Source of the DNA: Octopus bimaculoides
Taxonomy: Eukaryota
DNA: 42,080 nucleotides
Direction: 5' to 3'
NCBI RefSeq assembly: GCF_001194135.2
Contig: NC_068997.1
Span: 29,733,298 to 29,775,377 of the forward strand
Shown here in pieces: positions 27,001 to 36,000 of the stretch (within the stretch, counting starts at the first letter, position 1; every line of letters begins with the position of its first letter). A program made the translations under genes and the position numbers. The notes under the pieces were generated by a model. That model ran no database searches and had not been told where the DNA came from. It saw only the letters and a list, made by a program, of their open reading frames with translations.

Positions 27001-29782
27001 CATCTGTTTGATACCTGTTTATAATTTTACATGAACTTGGTAGATTATATGTTATGACGTAATCTATGTATGCATCAATAAAATTCTACCGAAACAGCTG
27101 TAGTAAATCTTAAACCACGTTTGCGTTCTCTTTTAGTTTTATACTTACACCACTAGAACCAATCCTGAGTCGGATCTACGGCTTAAATTAGCGAGGAGGT
27201 GGGATAAAACATTTTCCTGGAAGGAAAGAAAAGTTGTTTCCCATGTTGCGAGTTTAGTCTTGGCTGAAGTGGTGGTCAGCTGTGCCTGCATACATGTTTT
27301 CCGTTATCTTGTTTGAAAAAGGGAAAAACTACATTGTCAAGACAAATTTTCTATCATGAGGGCAGCGGCTAAACATTTCGTGTCTTGAGTTCAGAAAGAC
27401 GCCGGGACCGTGTGAATTGTTTTCCTCTCAGCAAAGTAAAGGTTGCCCAGCGTACTTCCTTTCAGGTAAGGCACACGTTGTTCCAGCAACTTCCAGTTGT
27501 TTTTGTATGGGTTCCTTTCTCTTTTAATCGCTATATATCTGGTCCATACACACACACACACACACACATATATACATACACACATATATACATACACACA
27601 TACACATGCACATATATATATACATAAACATACCCACCCACCCACACATACATACTTCTCTCGAAGGTTATAAAATACTTATGACGTGAACAGTATATGT
27701 GAGTGTGTGTATGTGTCTGTGTATATGTGTCTGTGTGTATGGGTACTGGTGTCTTTCCTTATAAGTTACAGAGGAAAAGCGAGAGAAAGAGTGAGACAAA
27801 AATAGAAGGAAAATGCAAAAGGTATGAAAAGTGAAAACGCCACAACTGCAATGAATGCTAAAATACACAAAGTAAATCTTCCTTAGAGCTAATGTTAGCA
27901 TCTGTAACATAAAACTGTTACTTTTCGAGTGTCAAACAAATGCAAAGACAGTGTAACAAACAGTTTAGTAGTAACATTAGTTTCACATGGGAATTATATA
28001 ACAACGAGCATCAGTAGTTGTGGTGTGTGTGTGTGTGGGTGCTGTCGAGGAACTTCGTTATAAAATGCTTGCTGCATAGCAGCAACTTTTAAAAGCCTGA
28101 CAAATGAAGAACAGCTGTAAAGCGAACAGTTATGCTCTAAGTTCAAATCTCACCAAGGCCAGCTTTTGCTATTTTCTTTCCATAATAATGAAATTATTGT
28201 ATACAGTGCTCAGGTGCACTACAACTTGTCAAAAGTGCGTATAAAGCATGTGCAGTAATGTACAAATGTCTGGAAAGTGAACAGTGTATGAGTCAGATAC
28301 ATGCTTGCGTGTGTATGGAGGGGAGAAAATCAGGTGTAGTGTTGGCGAATCTCAGGAAGCATGGAAGTTTTGAAGGATGCAGTGCTCCGACAACTAACAA
28401 CTGATGCTGGCAGTTTGTTCCATACTTCATCAAGTCTTAGCGTGAAAAGGAGTTTCCGAAAGTCATGGGAGCTGCGCTGTTTTCTGACTTTGTAAACATG
28501 TCCACGGGTGTTAGACAGGTGGAATTTAAAAAGGTGCTCAGAGTTATTGTTAGTAAGATGGTTAATGGGTGTCTCCCAAGTCAGCTGCCAGATGTCGGAG
28601 TTTCAATGTATCCATGCCTAGAGAAGCAAGGCGTTCAGAATATGGCAGGAGAGGCTATTATAATACAATATAATATAATAAATCTCTGAGTGAGGTATAA
28701 ACAGTAGCTGAATGACATCGTGAACTATATTTGCGACCTAAATGTGGCTAAACCTTAAGGGTTGATGCTACTGTAGCTTGTAGCCCCAGGAAGACATCTC
28801 CTCCAGCTGGCTATTGACACAGTCAGCTGGAGATGTCTTCCTGAGGCTACAAGCTACAGTAGCATCAACCCTTTAAGTTTAGCCACATTTAGGTCGCAAA
28901 TATACTTCATGATAAGATAAGAGCTTTCCACAGCGCATTGCAACAACACCGTATTAGTCAAACATCATTCTCACCTCTGAGGTGACAAAACAATTGATCT
29001 TGTTAGAGTTTACAATGCTTTGGGAAGAACATATTGAGGAGATCAAACAAAGAAAGGAAATGCCGAAAGAACTGAAATAGGGGTTGGAAAACACATTAAA
29101 GGGATGAGATATAGAAGCTTTGAGGGACTCTGATTTTGCAAAGTCCTCAACAAATTGGGTGGTAAAGAAGGGGGCCATTCAGTCTGTGAATGAACTTGTG
29201 GAGAAAGCCATCTGATAGCTTTGGAAAATAGAGTTGATCCGTGAGCTGTTGCTACTAGGCGCAAGTCGGGATCTCATGAAATCTAACTTGAATGAAAGAG
29301 CCTGGTTTTCTGGTTTTGAAAAACTGAAACACTTGATAATCCCAGGTCACGTCACTGATAATGTAACTGCTAGCGTAGCTAGGTGGGGGGGGGGAATCAG
29401 ACAAGACCCGGGTGCTGTTTCCTTCTTAGCCGTTATATAATTGCTCACTTTGTACTCGTTTTATAAGTTATTTGTAACTAGGGCAGAAATCATTGATTTT
29501 AATTTTCTATTTCATAAATACTTGTTTATTTTTCAATAATATTTTGTTTTTCGACCGTGGACAGACGCCACGTACATCTACATACATACATACATACATA
29601 CATACATACGTACGTACGTAAATACATACATGCATGCAACTATATGCATGAGAATACATACATCAAACATACATACAAACAAACAAACAAACAAACAAAA
29701 ATACCCTGTTGTTGATGTTGAAATTCCAATGAAGGAGCCTTAGATCTAGGTTAGAAACCGGTCCTTTCTCTATTGGCATGAA

Positions 29783-29826
<44 letters not shown>

Positions 29827-32407
29827 GTCTGTCAATCAGCTTATCTATCTATATGCATGTATATATATATATATGTTTATATATGTATACACACACACGC
29901 ACACACATATATATAATAATACAAATGATATGTGAACATATGCATATATACATACACACACACACATATATATGTATATATATATATATATATATAATAC
30001 AAAGAATATATATACATGTATACACACATATATGTACATACTTACATNNNNNNNNNNNNNNNNNNNNNNNNNNNNNNNNNNNNNNNNNNNNNNNNNNNNN
30101 NNNNNNNNNNNNNNNNNNNNNNNNNNNNNNNNNNNNNNNNNNNNNNNNNNNNNNNNNNNNNNNNNNNNNNNNNNNNNNNNNNNNNNNNNNNNNNNNNNNN
30201 NNNNNNNNNNNNNNNNNNNNNNNNNNNNNNNNNNNNNNNNNNNNNNNNNNNNNNNNNNNNNNNNNNNNNNNNNNNNNNNNNNNNNNNNNNNNNNNNNNNN
30301 NNNNNNNNNNNNNNNNNNNNNNNNNNNNNNNNNNNNNNNNNNNNNNNNNNNNNNNNNNNNNNNNNNNNNNNNNNNNNNNNNNNNNNNNNNNNNNNNNNNN
30401 NNNNNNNNNNNNNNNNNNNNNNNNNNNNNNNNNNNNNNNNNNNNNNNNNNNNNNNNNNNNNNNNNNNNNNNNNNNNNNNNNNNNNNNNNNNNNNNNNNNN
30501 NNNNNNNNNNNNNNNNNNNNNNNNNNNNNNNNNNNNNNNNNNNNNNNNNNNNNNNNNNNNNNNNNNNNNNNNNNNNNNNNNNNNNNNNNNNNNNNNNNNN
30601 NNNNNNNNNNNNNGGAGGAAGTGGAACAAGGAGGAAGGGACAGAAGGGTATAGCAGTGAAGTAGAGGCCAGGACAGAGGTATAGATAGAAAGATGGAGGA
30701 AGACAGATAGATAAATAGATAGAAAGAAAGATAGATAGATAGATAGACAGAGAGATAGATAGATAGATAGAAAGATAGTCACGTAAGTCTACTATATATA
30801 TTTATATGTATACACATACATATATATACATACACATGCATGCATTATATGTTTGTGTATGCATGTGCGAGTGTGTGTATATATACATATATATGTGTGT
30901 GCGTGTGTGTGTATGTATGTGTATGTGTGTAGAGAAAGAAAGAGAGAGAGAGAGAGAGAGGTGTTGGATTCGCTTCTGTTGACTTTTGTCGCTTGTCATC
31001 TTCTGCCCACAGTCAAAAATATATAAAATAAAATAAAACGAATGAGATAAATGAATAAACAAAATAATTAATTTGTGCCAATTCATTAATAAATTAATAC
31101 TTTGCAGCGGTTGGGACAGCAATTATATAAGAGTGATGCAGAACACAGTTTTATGACGAGAACATGGAGTGGGAAACAAATTGCTGTACGGGTGATTGCT
31201 TTCATTCATTTGTGATCAGTGTTCGTATATCGACGAGGCAATATTTTCTGATCGTTCTCCGGCCGATAAAACAGCCGCCGGTTGTTGTCCTTATCAGCTG
31301 TGAATGTAGAGCATCCACGATCGAAACCATTCCAGCGAAGGTTAGCTCGTTTCCTTTTTTTCTTTTCTTTTTCCCTTCAGCTATAGGGACTTAGGCCTAC
31401 ATTACTTTCCGGTATAAATACCGAGGATTGCGTTGTTTGCCGATCTTTCGAACTTTGTACATTTAACAGAGTGAACGAAAGAAAACATGGAAATGAAAAG
31501 GAAACAGATAATCGATAGGAATAGGCAAAAAGTTGTCAAAAACCGATAATAAAGGCCTGAATTTTAAAATGTGCTGGGTTAATTTTATTTTAATATTTCT
31601 TTCTTTTTTTTAAAAAATTATTAATCTGTTTTGTGAGTGAAGATAGAAAAAAAGAGTGAAATAAATTTTGATCTACAGTACGAGGACACACTCATACACA
31701 CACTCGCGCGCGCGTGCGCATGTCCATGCTCACATAAGTCGGCTTACAGACGTTAACTTTCTATCGATGCAGTTTCTTTGCATTCTTGTCTGCCGTATTA
31801 TATGTACAGAGTTCGAAAGATTACTCATATCCAATTATCCTTCCCGTTATAATACGTTTACACGTGATTTGACTATTATTTCTAGTAAATCGTGTGCCTC
31901 TGTTTCATGTATCGGTTGTTCGTGTATAACCCTAAACCGGACCTGATCGGACAGACATAAGCACTCTAGCGATGACCATCCCGCCTTTTTTCTAGGCACA
32001 GTAATTTCAGGACCGCATTATTGAACATGTTCTTTACTAAGATTTGATAAGGGAGATTTAGTTGTTATTTCTAGTGATACGAGTGAACACGTAGGTGCCG
32101 CATTTCCCACAATATAGGCAGAAAATACTTGATCTCCGAACAGAGTTAAAACAATGACAGAAGAAAATAAAGATAACACTTAAAAAGAAATCAGTAAGAT
32201 GTGTGCTCACTTGAGATTTTGGTACATACTAGAATGGACGCGGACACCGTTTTCATGCTTGTGAATTCGTGGAGTATAAAGCCATGTGCCGCCAACTTGG
32301 GAATTCTGCTCAAAAGCAACGGCTTGGAAAACGTTCGGTCTTGCTGTCAAATGCCGGAGAGCACACAGACCCGAAGCACCGAGACCAATAACAGCCACCT
32401 TGTTCAT
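9512..32407 (-). CDS. Flavin-containing monooxygenase, short non-anchored type (like insect Fmo/senecionine N-oxygenase and plant FMO GS-OX); 5 coding exons, 426 aa
   Basis: Exons of 197+139+140+178+627 = 1281 nt join in frame at GT-AG junctions. Motifs: FAD-binding GLGASG, GGTW, SSMYQNLKTNLPKEVM, FMO signature FxGxxxHxxxY (FQGSFLHSHDY), NADPH-binding GSGASG, DTVIFCTGY. Orthologue not assignable without a search. Confidence 0.95.
10700..10995 (-). mobile_element. tRNA-derived CORE-like SINE with internal microsatellite (family D/C)
   Basis: Minus strand reads GGAGTGGTTGTGTGG (A box), GGTTCATTCC (B box), CACCTTGGGCAAGTGTCTT (CORE-like), (AT/GT)n, then GCTTGACAACCG...CTTAGCGGTTCGGCAAAAGAGACCG. 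Confidence 0.8.
12213..12470 (-). mobile_element. SINE-like family A, young copy
   Basis: (CAT)n tail at 12213-12230; core GGATGCCCTTCCTAACGCCAACC and palindrome CCATGCTAGCATGG; 4 mismatches in about 186 nt versus the 17600 copy. Confidence 0.85.
12671..12848 (-). CDS. FMO coding exon 4 (G-HYSIPNIP...FQGSFLHSHDY...GSGASGIDIAMDLTSQAKK)
   Basis: Acceptor TTCCAG|A at 12849, donor AAG|GTTGGT at 12670; 178 nt = 1 nt + 59 codons; FMO signature and NADPH motif. Confidence 0.95.
14739..14961. mobile_element. piggyBac-type MITE, tandem copy 1
   Basis: TTAA|CCCTTTCATTACC ... GGTAAGAAAAGGC|TTAA; clearly homologous to the adjacent copy. Confidence 0.8.
14993..15202. mobile_element. piggyBac-type MITE, tandem copy 2
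   Basis: TTAA|CCCTTTTGATACC ... AGTAACAAAAGGG|TTGA; same internal sequence as copy 1. Confidence 0.8.
16485..16675 (+). mobile_element. SINE-like family A copy, tail lost
   Basis: Same core, ends ATGGACGTTA. Confidence 0.75.
17311..17528. mobile_element. piggyBac-type MITE, different family
   Basis: TTAA|CCCTTTAGCAT ... ATGCTAAAGAG|TTAA. Confidence 0.8.
17598..17807 (+). mobile_element. SINE-like family A, young copy
   Basis: AGGAAGGGCATCCAGCTGTAGAAAC core ending GGACGTTAAACG(ATG)n. Confidence 0.85.
18478..19303 (+). mobile_element. Internally deleted Tc1/mariner transposon, DD37D (maT) family
   Basis: TA flanks at 18476-77 and 19304-05; imperfect TIRs CAGGGTACAATGGGTAAATTGTTG / CAGGGTGCAGTGAATAAATTGTTG; transposase remnant VFGVITSDG...QDSAPCHTS...WPPNSPNCNPLDYYVW with 37 residues between the last two Asp; first catalytic Asp region deleted; frameshift near 18860. 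Confidence 0.9.
19372..19623. mobile_element. Degenerate hAT-like MITE next to the maT element
   Basis: Termini CAGCATTTCCCAAA and (reverse complement) CAGTGGTCCTTAAA resemble CAGTGGTTCCCAAA-type TIRs; no convincing TSD. Confidence 0.4.
19900..20039 (-). CDS. FMO coding exon 3 (LKTQIERVEM...IKWCVTY...ENYDSVVVCN-G)
   Basis: Not in the ORF track. Acceptor TTGCAG| at 20040, donor GG|GTAATT at 19899; 140 nt = 46 codons + 2 nt; supplies the W-x-V and D-x-V-x-V-C-N-G segment expected before HYS. Confidence 0.93.
22060..22310 (+). mobile_element. Degraded L2/CR1-group LINE ORF2 fragment
   Basis: Translation CSSYI*NGTA...GTQRKATRLIG...LQHLLIHR resembles the YCS.IW....L..IQR.A.RLI.....L.HRR segment after the RT domain. 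Confidence 0.5.
22760..23212 (-). mobile_element. Two tandem family B SINE copies separated by (AAT)n
   Basis: Both units share TTGATTACATCAACCCCAGT...AACTGGTACTTA...AAAGGATGAAA...AGCATTTTG..TGGCAT. Relics of the family also at about 160-380 and 39330-39460. Confidence 0.75.
23605..23743 (-). CDS. FMO coding exon 2 (K-TNLPKEVMAFPDF...LYAHSK)
   Basis: Acceptor TTTAG|A at 23744, donor AAG|GTAAGT at 23604; 139 nt = 1 nt + 46 codons. Confidence 0.95.
23830..24060 (-). mobile_element. SINE-like family A, diverged copy
   Basis: (CAT)n then TTTAACATCTGTTTTCCATGCTGTCATGGGTTGGACG and GGATGCCCTTC core. Confidence 0.75.
24415..24760 (+). mobile_element. Family D/C SINE, diverged full copy
   Basis: Same head, (AT)n linker and TTTGACAACCG...TAACTTAGCGGTT...CCCCAGTATGG tail. 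Confidence 0.7.
25316..27913. repeat. Two copies of a perfect 40-nt core (25316-25355 and 27874-27913) with weakly similar flanks
   Basis: AAATCTTCCTTAGAGCTAATGTTAGCATCTGTAACATAAA occurs twice, 2558 nt apart. Confidence 0.9.
26165..26370 (+). mobile_element. SINE-like family A copy
   Basis: Same core with (GAT)n tail. Confidence 0.85.
28185..28660 (-). mobile_element. CR1-clade LINE 3' end relic
   Basis: Minus-strand frame FKFHLSNTRGHVYKVRKQRSSHDFRKLLFTLRLDEVWNKLPASVVSCRSTASFKTSMLPEIRQHYT* (stop near 28330) matches the TRGH...R..F...WN.LP..VV....FK pattern of CR1 ORF2 C-termini. Confidence 0.8.
28717..28913. repeat. Near-perfect fold-back, about 90-bp arms, 14-nt loop
   Basis: Arm 28717-28809 is the reverse complement of arm 28824-28913 with about 5 substitutions and one 3-nt indel. 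Confidence 0.95.
32211..32407 (-). CDS. FMO coding exon 1 (MNKVAVIGLGASG...HSSMYQNL-K)
   Basis: ATG at 32407; Rossmann GxGxxG, FEQ and GGTW motifs; phase-2 donor AA|GTGAGC at 32210. The GTG start at 32464 in the ORF track is not needed. Confidence 0.93.
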
Positions 32408-32789
32408 GATTGCCGCTGGAATTTCGCTTTGACGATAGAGAAATTTATATGAATGGTGCTTCACCGATGCTAAATAGGCGACGACAGTTTTGAAGTGGTA
32501 GTTTGTAGCCGAATGTAGCCGTGGTCAATTTAGTTATCAGGTTGGTTGGATATATTGTTACTTGAATAGAGACGTCGAAGAAACTACTGAATGAAAACAA
32601 TGTTGCGATGCCGAATGGTTGCTGCTTCCAGTTTCTCTTCCTTTTAACACTGCCTGGACGGTCTTCTCCCTCCAGATATTAATAATGCTGATCGTCGTCG
32701 CTGCTGCCGCTACTATTTGCTGCTGATGTGTAACCACAGCTGTTACTGTTATGTTGATGATGCTGTCGGCGTTCAAGGTCGCGTATCCT

Positions 32790-32832
32790 TGCTAACTACC
32801 ACCACACATCAGCTGGCTTTCCACTTTATATA
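32790..32832 (-). promoter_or_regulatory. Candidate TATA box and initiator of the FMO gene
   Basis: Minus-strand TATATAAAG at 32832-32824 with TAGTTA about 30 nt downstream, inside a CpG-rich stretch about 400 nt upstream of the ATG. Motif match only. Confidence 0.3.
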
Positions 32833-32842
32833 TGTTCAACTG

Positions 32843-32877
<35 letters not shown>

Positions 32878-32898
32878 CGATAGATAGATAGATAGATA
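32843..32898. repeat. (GATA)n microsatellite; many other simple repeats in the window
   Basis: Also (AAT)n 351-381 and 38741-38815, (CA)n 11026-11067, (GA)n 25200-25279, (TACA)n 26070-26108, (TATC)n 29783-29825, (GCAC)n 33833-33874, CA-rich 41610-42070. Confidence 0.95.
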
Positions 32899-33279
32899 GT
32901 GAACAATAGGCGATAAAGACAGAGAGAAAGAAAACTAAAACAAGATAATTAGAGAGACAGATAGGGGGAAAAAGAAAGAGAGGAAAACGATTGATAAAGC
33001 TAGCCAAACGAATTACTACAAGTGGACGATGCGCTAATACACAAGAATGCCCCTCGCCTGTGATGCTGACGTAAACAATTCTTCACTGACATCGACTTCA
33101 CCACGAAACATAACACGTCTCCCTGCGGAATCCCCACCCGAGGGTACACGCACATACATATATGTGTGAGTTTATAAATATATGTGTCTATGTATGTGTG
33201 TGTGTGTGCGTGTGTGTGTGTATGTGTGTGTGTGTGTGTGTAATTTCAAATGGTTCATTTTTCTTGAGCATTATTATCC

Positions 33280-33397
33280 AGTAAGTAGAACCCTTCAGGT
33301 TGTGCCCCACTTAGACAAGTGTCTTCCGATATAGCCCCTGGCCCACCAATGCTTTATGATTGAATTTGTTAGACGGAAACTACGTGGAAGCCTTTCA

Positions 33398-33454
<57 letters not shown>

Positions 33455-33725
33455 TTATTTGTATCTGTGTGTGTATGAATGTGTGTGTGTGTGTGCACGT
33501 GTGTGTATGCTTGTGCATACCTATCACTGCTTGACAACTGGTGTTGGTTTGTTTATGTCCCCGTAACATTCTGATTAGGCAAAATAAAAGACAAAAAAAC
33601 AAGCAAACGATTGTATAAGTACCAAATGTAAGGAAGAAAATTACTGGGGTCGATTTGTTCCACTAAATCGTTCAAGGTGTGCCCCAGTATGGCCGCAGGG
33701 CAATTAACGAAACAAATAAAAGATA
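33280..33725 (+). mobile_element. Family D/C SINE with expanded (AT)/(GT) linker
   Basis: GACAAGTGTCTTC...AGACGGAAAC, microsatellite, then GCTTGACAAC...CCCCAGTATGGCCGCAG. Confidence 0.7.
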
Positions 33726-33835
33726 AAAGATGTTAAGTTCGTTTGGCCCCTCTCACACTTAACTATGCTTTCTTTCCTGCGGAAGATATCCCTGGGAAAT
33801 TTTCATTACTTTTATTCACTCAGAACCTGTACACA

Positions 33836-33874
<39 letters not shown>

Positions 33875-34894
33875 NNNNNNNNNNNNNNNNNNNNNNNNNN
33901 NNNNNNNNNNNNNNNNNNNNNNNNNNNNNNNNNNNNNNNNNNNNNNNNNNNNNNNNNNNNNNNNNNNNNNNNNNNNNNNNNNNNNNNNNNNNNNNNNNNN
34001 NNNNNNNNNNNNNNNNNNNNNNNNNNNNNNNNNNNNNNNNNNNNNNNNNNNNNNNNNNNNNNNNNNNNNNNNNNNNNNNNNNNNNNNNNNNNNNNNNNNN
34101 NNNNNNNNNNNNNNNNNNNNNNNNNNNNNNNNNNNNNNNNNNNNNNNNNNNNNNNNNNNNNNNNNNNNNNNNNNNNNNNNNNNNNNNNNNNNNNNNNNNN
34201 NNNNNNNNNNNNNNNNNNNNNNNNNNNNNNNNNNNNNNNNNNNNNNNNNNNNNNNNNNNNNNNNNNNNNNNNNNNNNNNNNNNNNNNNNNNNNNNNNNNN
34301 NNNNNNNNNNNTTTTATATATATTTTTTATATATATATATTTTTTATATTTATATATATTATTTACATTTGCAAATCACATATCATACATTTTTCCCCCC
34401 GCTATGTATGAATGAACTGCTCCGCGTCGATCGCCGGAGTGATATTTGATCATTTTATAGAGTGTTTGAGTGTCGGTTTGGTGTCTGGAATGGGATAGCT
34501 TACCTCATGGGCAGGTAGAAGCTCTTTAACCTTGGTTGGTAATCTACCTAGGAGAAGGAAATCTCCGAAATAAAACCGGAGGCCTTGGAAGTTCCTAGTT
34601 TTGTCAATTTTCATGTCACAGCGGCGAAAGTCTTCTTGGGCCAATAGGTGGGGGTAGTGCAGTGCAAGCTACACCCACTGAAAATTATTCATCTGCACAG
34701 GTACTTCCTGTACTCCAAATCTTAGAAAAACCTTTGTATTGGTTGGTTGGTTGGCAGAAGCCTAAAAATGCACCTGTAACTTACTCTAAAATGTATGTAT
34801 GTATGTATGTATGTATGTATGTGTTGTATGCGTGTATGTATGTATGTATGTATGTGGCACGTAAAAATATCATTTGAGCTTAGCCGTTTCCAGT

Positions 34895-35117
34895 ACCGCC
34901 CAACTCGCCCTCGTGCCGATGGCACGTAAAAGCACCCACTACAACTCTTGGAGTGGTTGGCGTTAGGAAGGGCATCCAGTTGTAGAAACTCTGCCAGATC
35001 AGATTGGAGCCTGGTACAGACATCTGGTTCGCCAGTGATTAGTCAAATCATCCAACCCATGCTAGCATGGAAAGCGGACGTTAAACGATGATGATGATGA
35101 TGATGATGATGCTGATG
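34895..35117 (+). mobile_element. SINE-like family A copy
   Basis: Same core with (GAT)n tail; same subfamily as the 26165 copy (ATTGGAGCC...CATCTGGTTCGCCAGT). Confidence 0.85.
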
Positions 35118-35699
35118 ATATATATATATATATATATATATANNNNNNNNNNNNNNNNNNNNNNNNNNNNNNNNNNNNNNNNNNNNNNNNNNNNNNNNNN
35201 NNNNNNNNNNNNNNNNNNNNNNNNNNNNNNNNNNNNNNNNNNNNNNNNNNNNNNNNNNNNNNNNNNNNNNNNNNNNNNNNNNNNNNNNNNNNNNNNNNNN
35301 NNNNNNNNNNNNNNNNNNNNNNNNNNNNNNNNNNNNNNNNNNNNNNNNNNNNNNNNNNNNNNNNNNNNNNNNNNNNNNNNNNNNNNNNNNNNNNNNNNNN
35401 NNNNNNNNNNNNNNNNNNNNNNNNNNNNNNNNNNNNNNNNNNNNNNNNNNNNNNNNNNNNNNNNNNNNNNNNNNNNNNNNNNNNNNNNNNNNNNNNNNNN
35501 NNNNNNNNNNNNNNNNNNNNNNNNNNNNNNNNNNNNNNNNNNNNNNNNNNNNNNNNNNNNNNNNNNNNNNNNNNNNNNNNNNNNNNNNNNNNNNNNNNNN
35601 NNNNNNNNNNNNNNNNNNNNNNNNNNNNNNNNNNNNNNNNNNNNNNNNNNNNNNNNNNNNNNNNNNNNNNNNNNNNNNNNNNNNNNNNNNNNNNNNNNN

Positions 35700-36000
35700 G
35701 GCTTCACATATTTATTTATTGATGGATCATAGACTTACAGCTGTTTCTGATATGCATTATAGGTGTGTTCACAGTTCCGTTTATTCAATCGGTTGATTAA
35801 TCGGTTGAAAAGATTGAAAAGAAAAAAAGAAAAAGAAAAAGAATAGAAAAGAAAAGAAAAATGAATTTTTCCCCCTTTTTGCTCTTCAATCTTTTCAACA
35901 GATCAATCAACCAATTGTGTAAACGGAACCATGAACACAACTACAATATAAATCAGAAACAGCTGTAAGCCTACGATCCTGAGGAATAAATATGTAAAGT
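35700..36000. repeat. Diverged fold-back, about 120-bp arms
   Basis: CTTACAGCTGTTTCTGAT...GTTCCGTTT...GTTGAAAAGATTGAA mirrored by TTCAATCTTTTCAAC...AAACGGAAC...ATCAGAAACAGCTGTAAG. Confidence 0.85.

Noticed and set aside
29234-29440. ORF MIRELLLL...EKLKHLIIP as an LRR-like exon
   Set aside because: Single weak motif, no supporting splice structure; ends in a probable MITE terminus (GCGTAGCTAGG-G run).
32408-32464. N-terminal extension MKHHSYKF... of FMO exon 1
   Set aside because: Starts at GTG; the ATG at 32407 gives the usual FMO N-terminus just before GxGxxG.
34500-34780. RTE-like 5' UTR relic (CTAGGAGAAGGAAA...AAAACC)
   Set aside because: Resemblance from memory only, with no coding remnant to support it.
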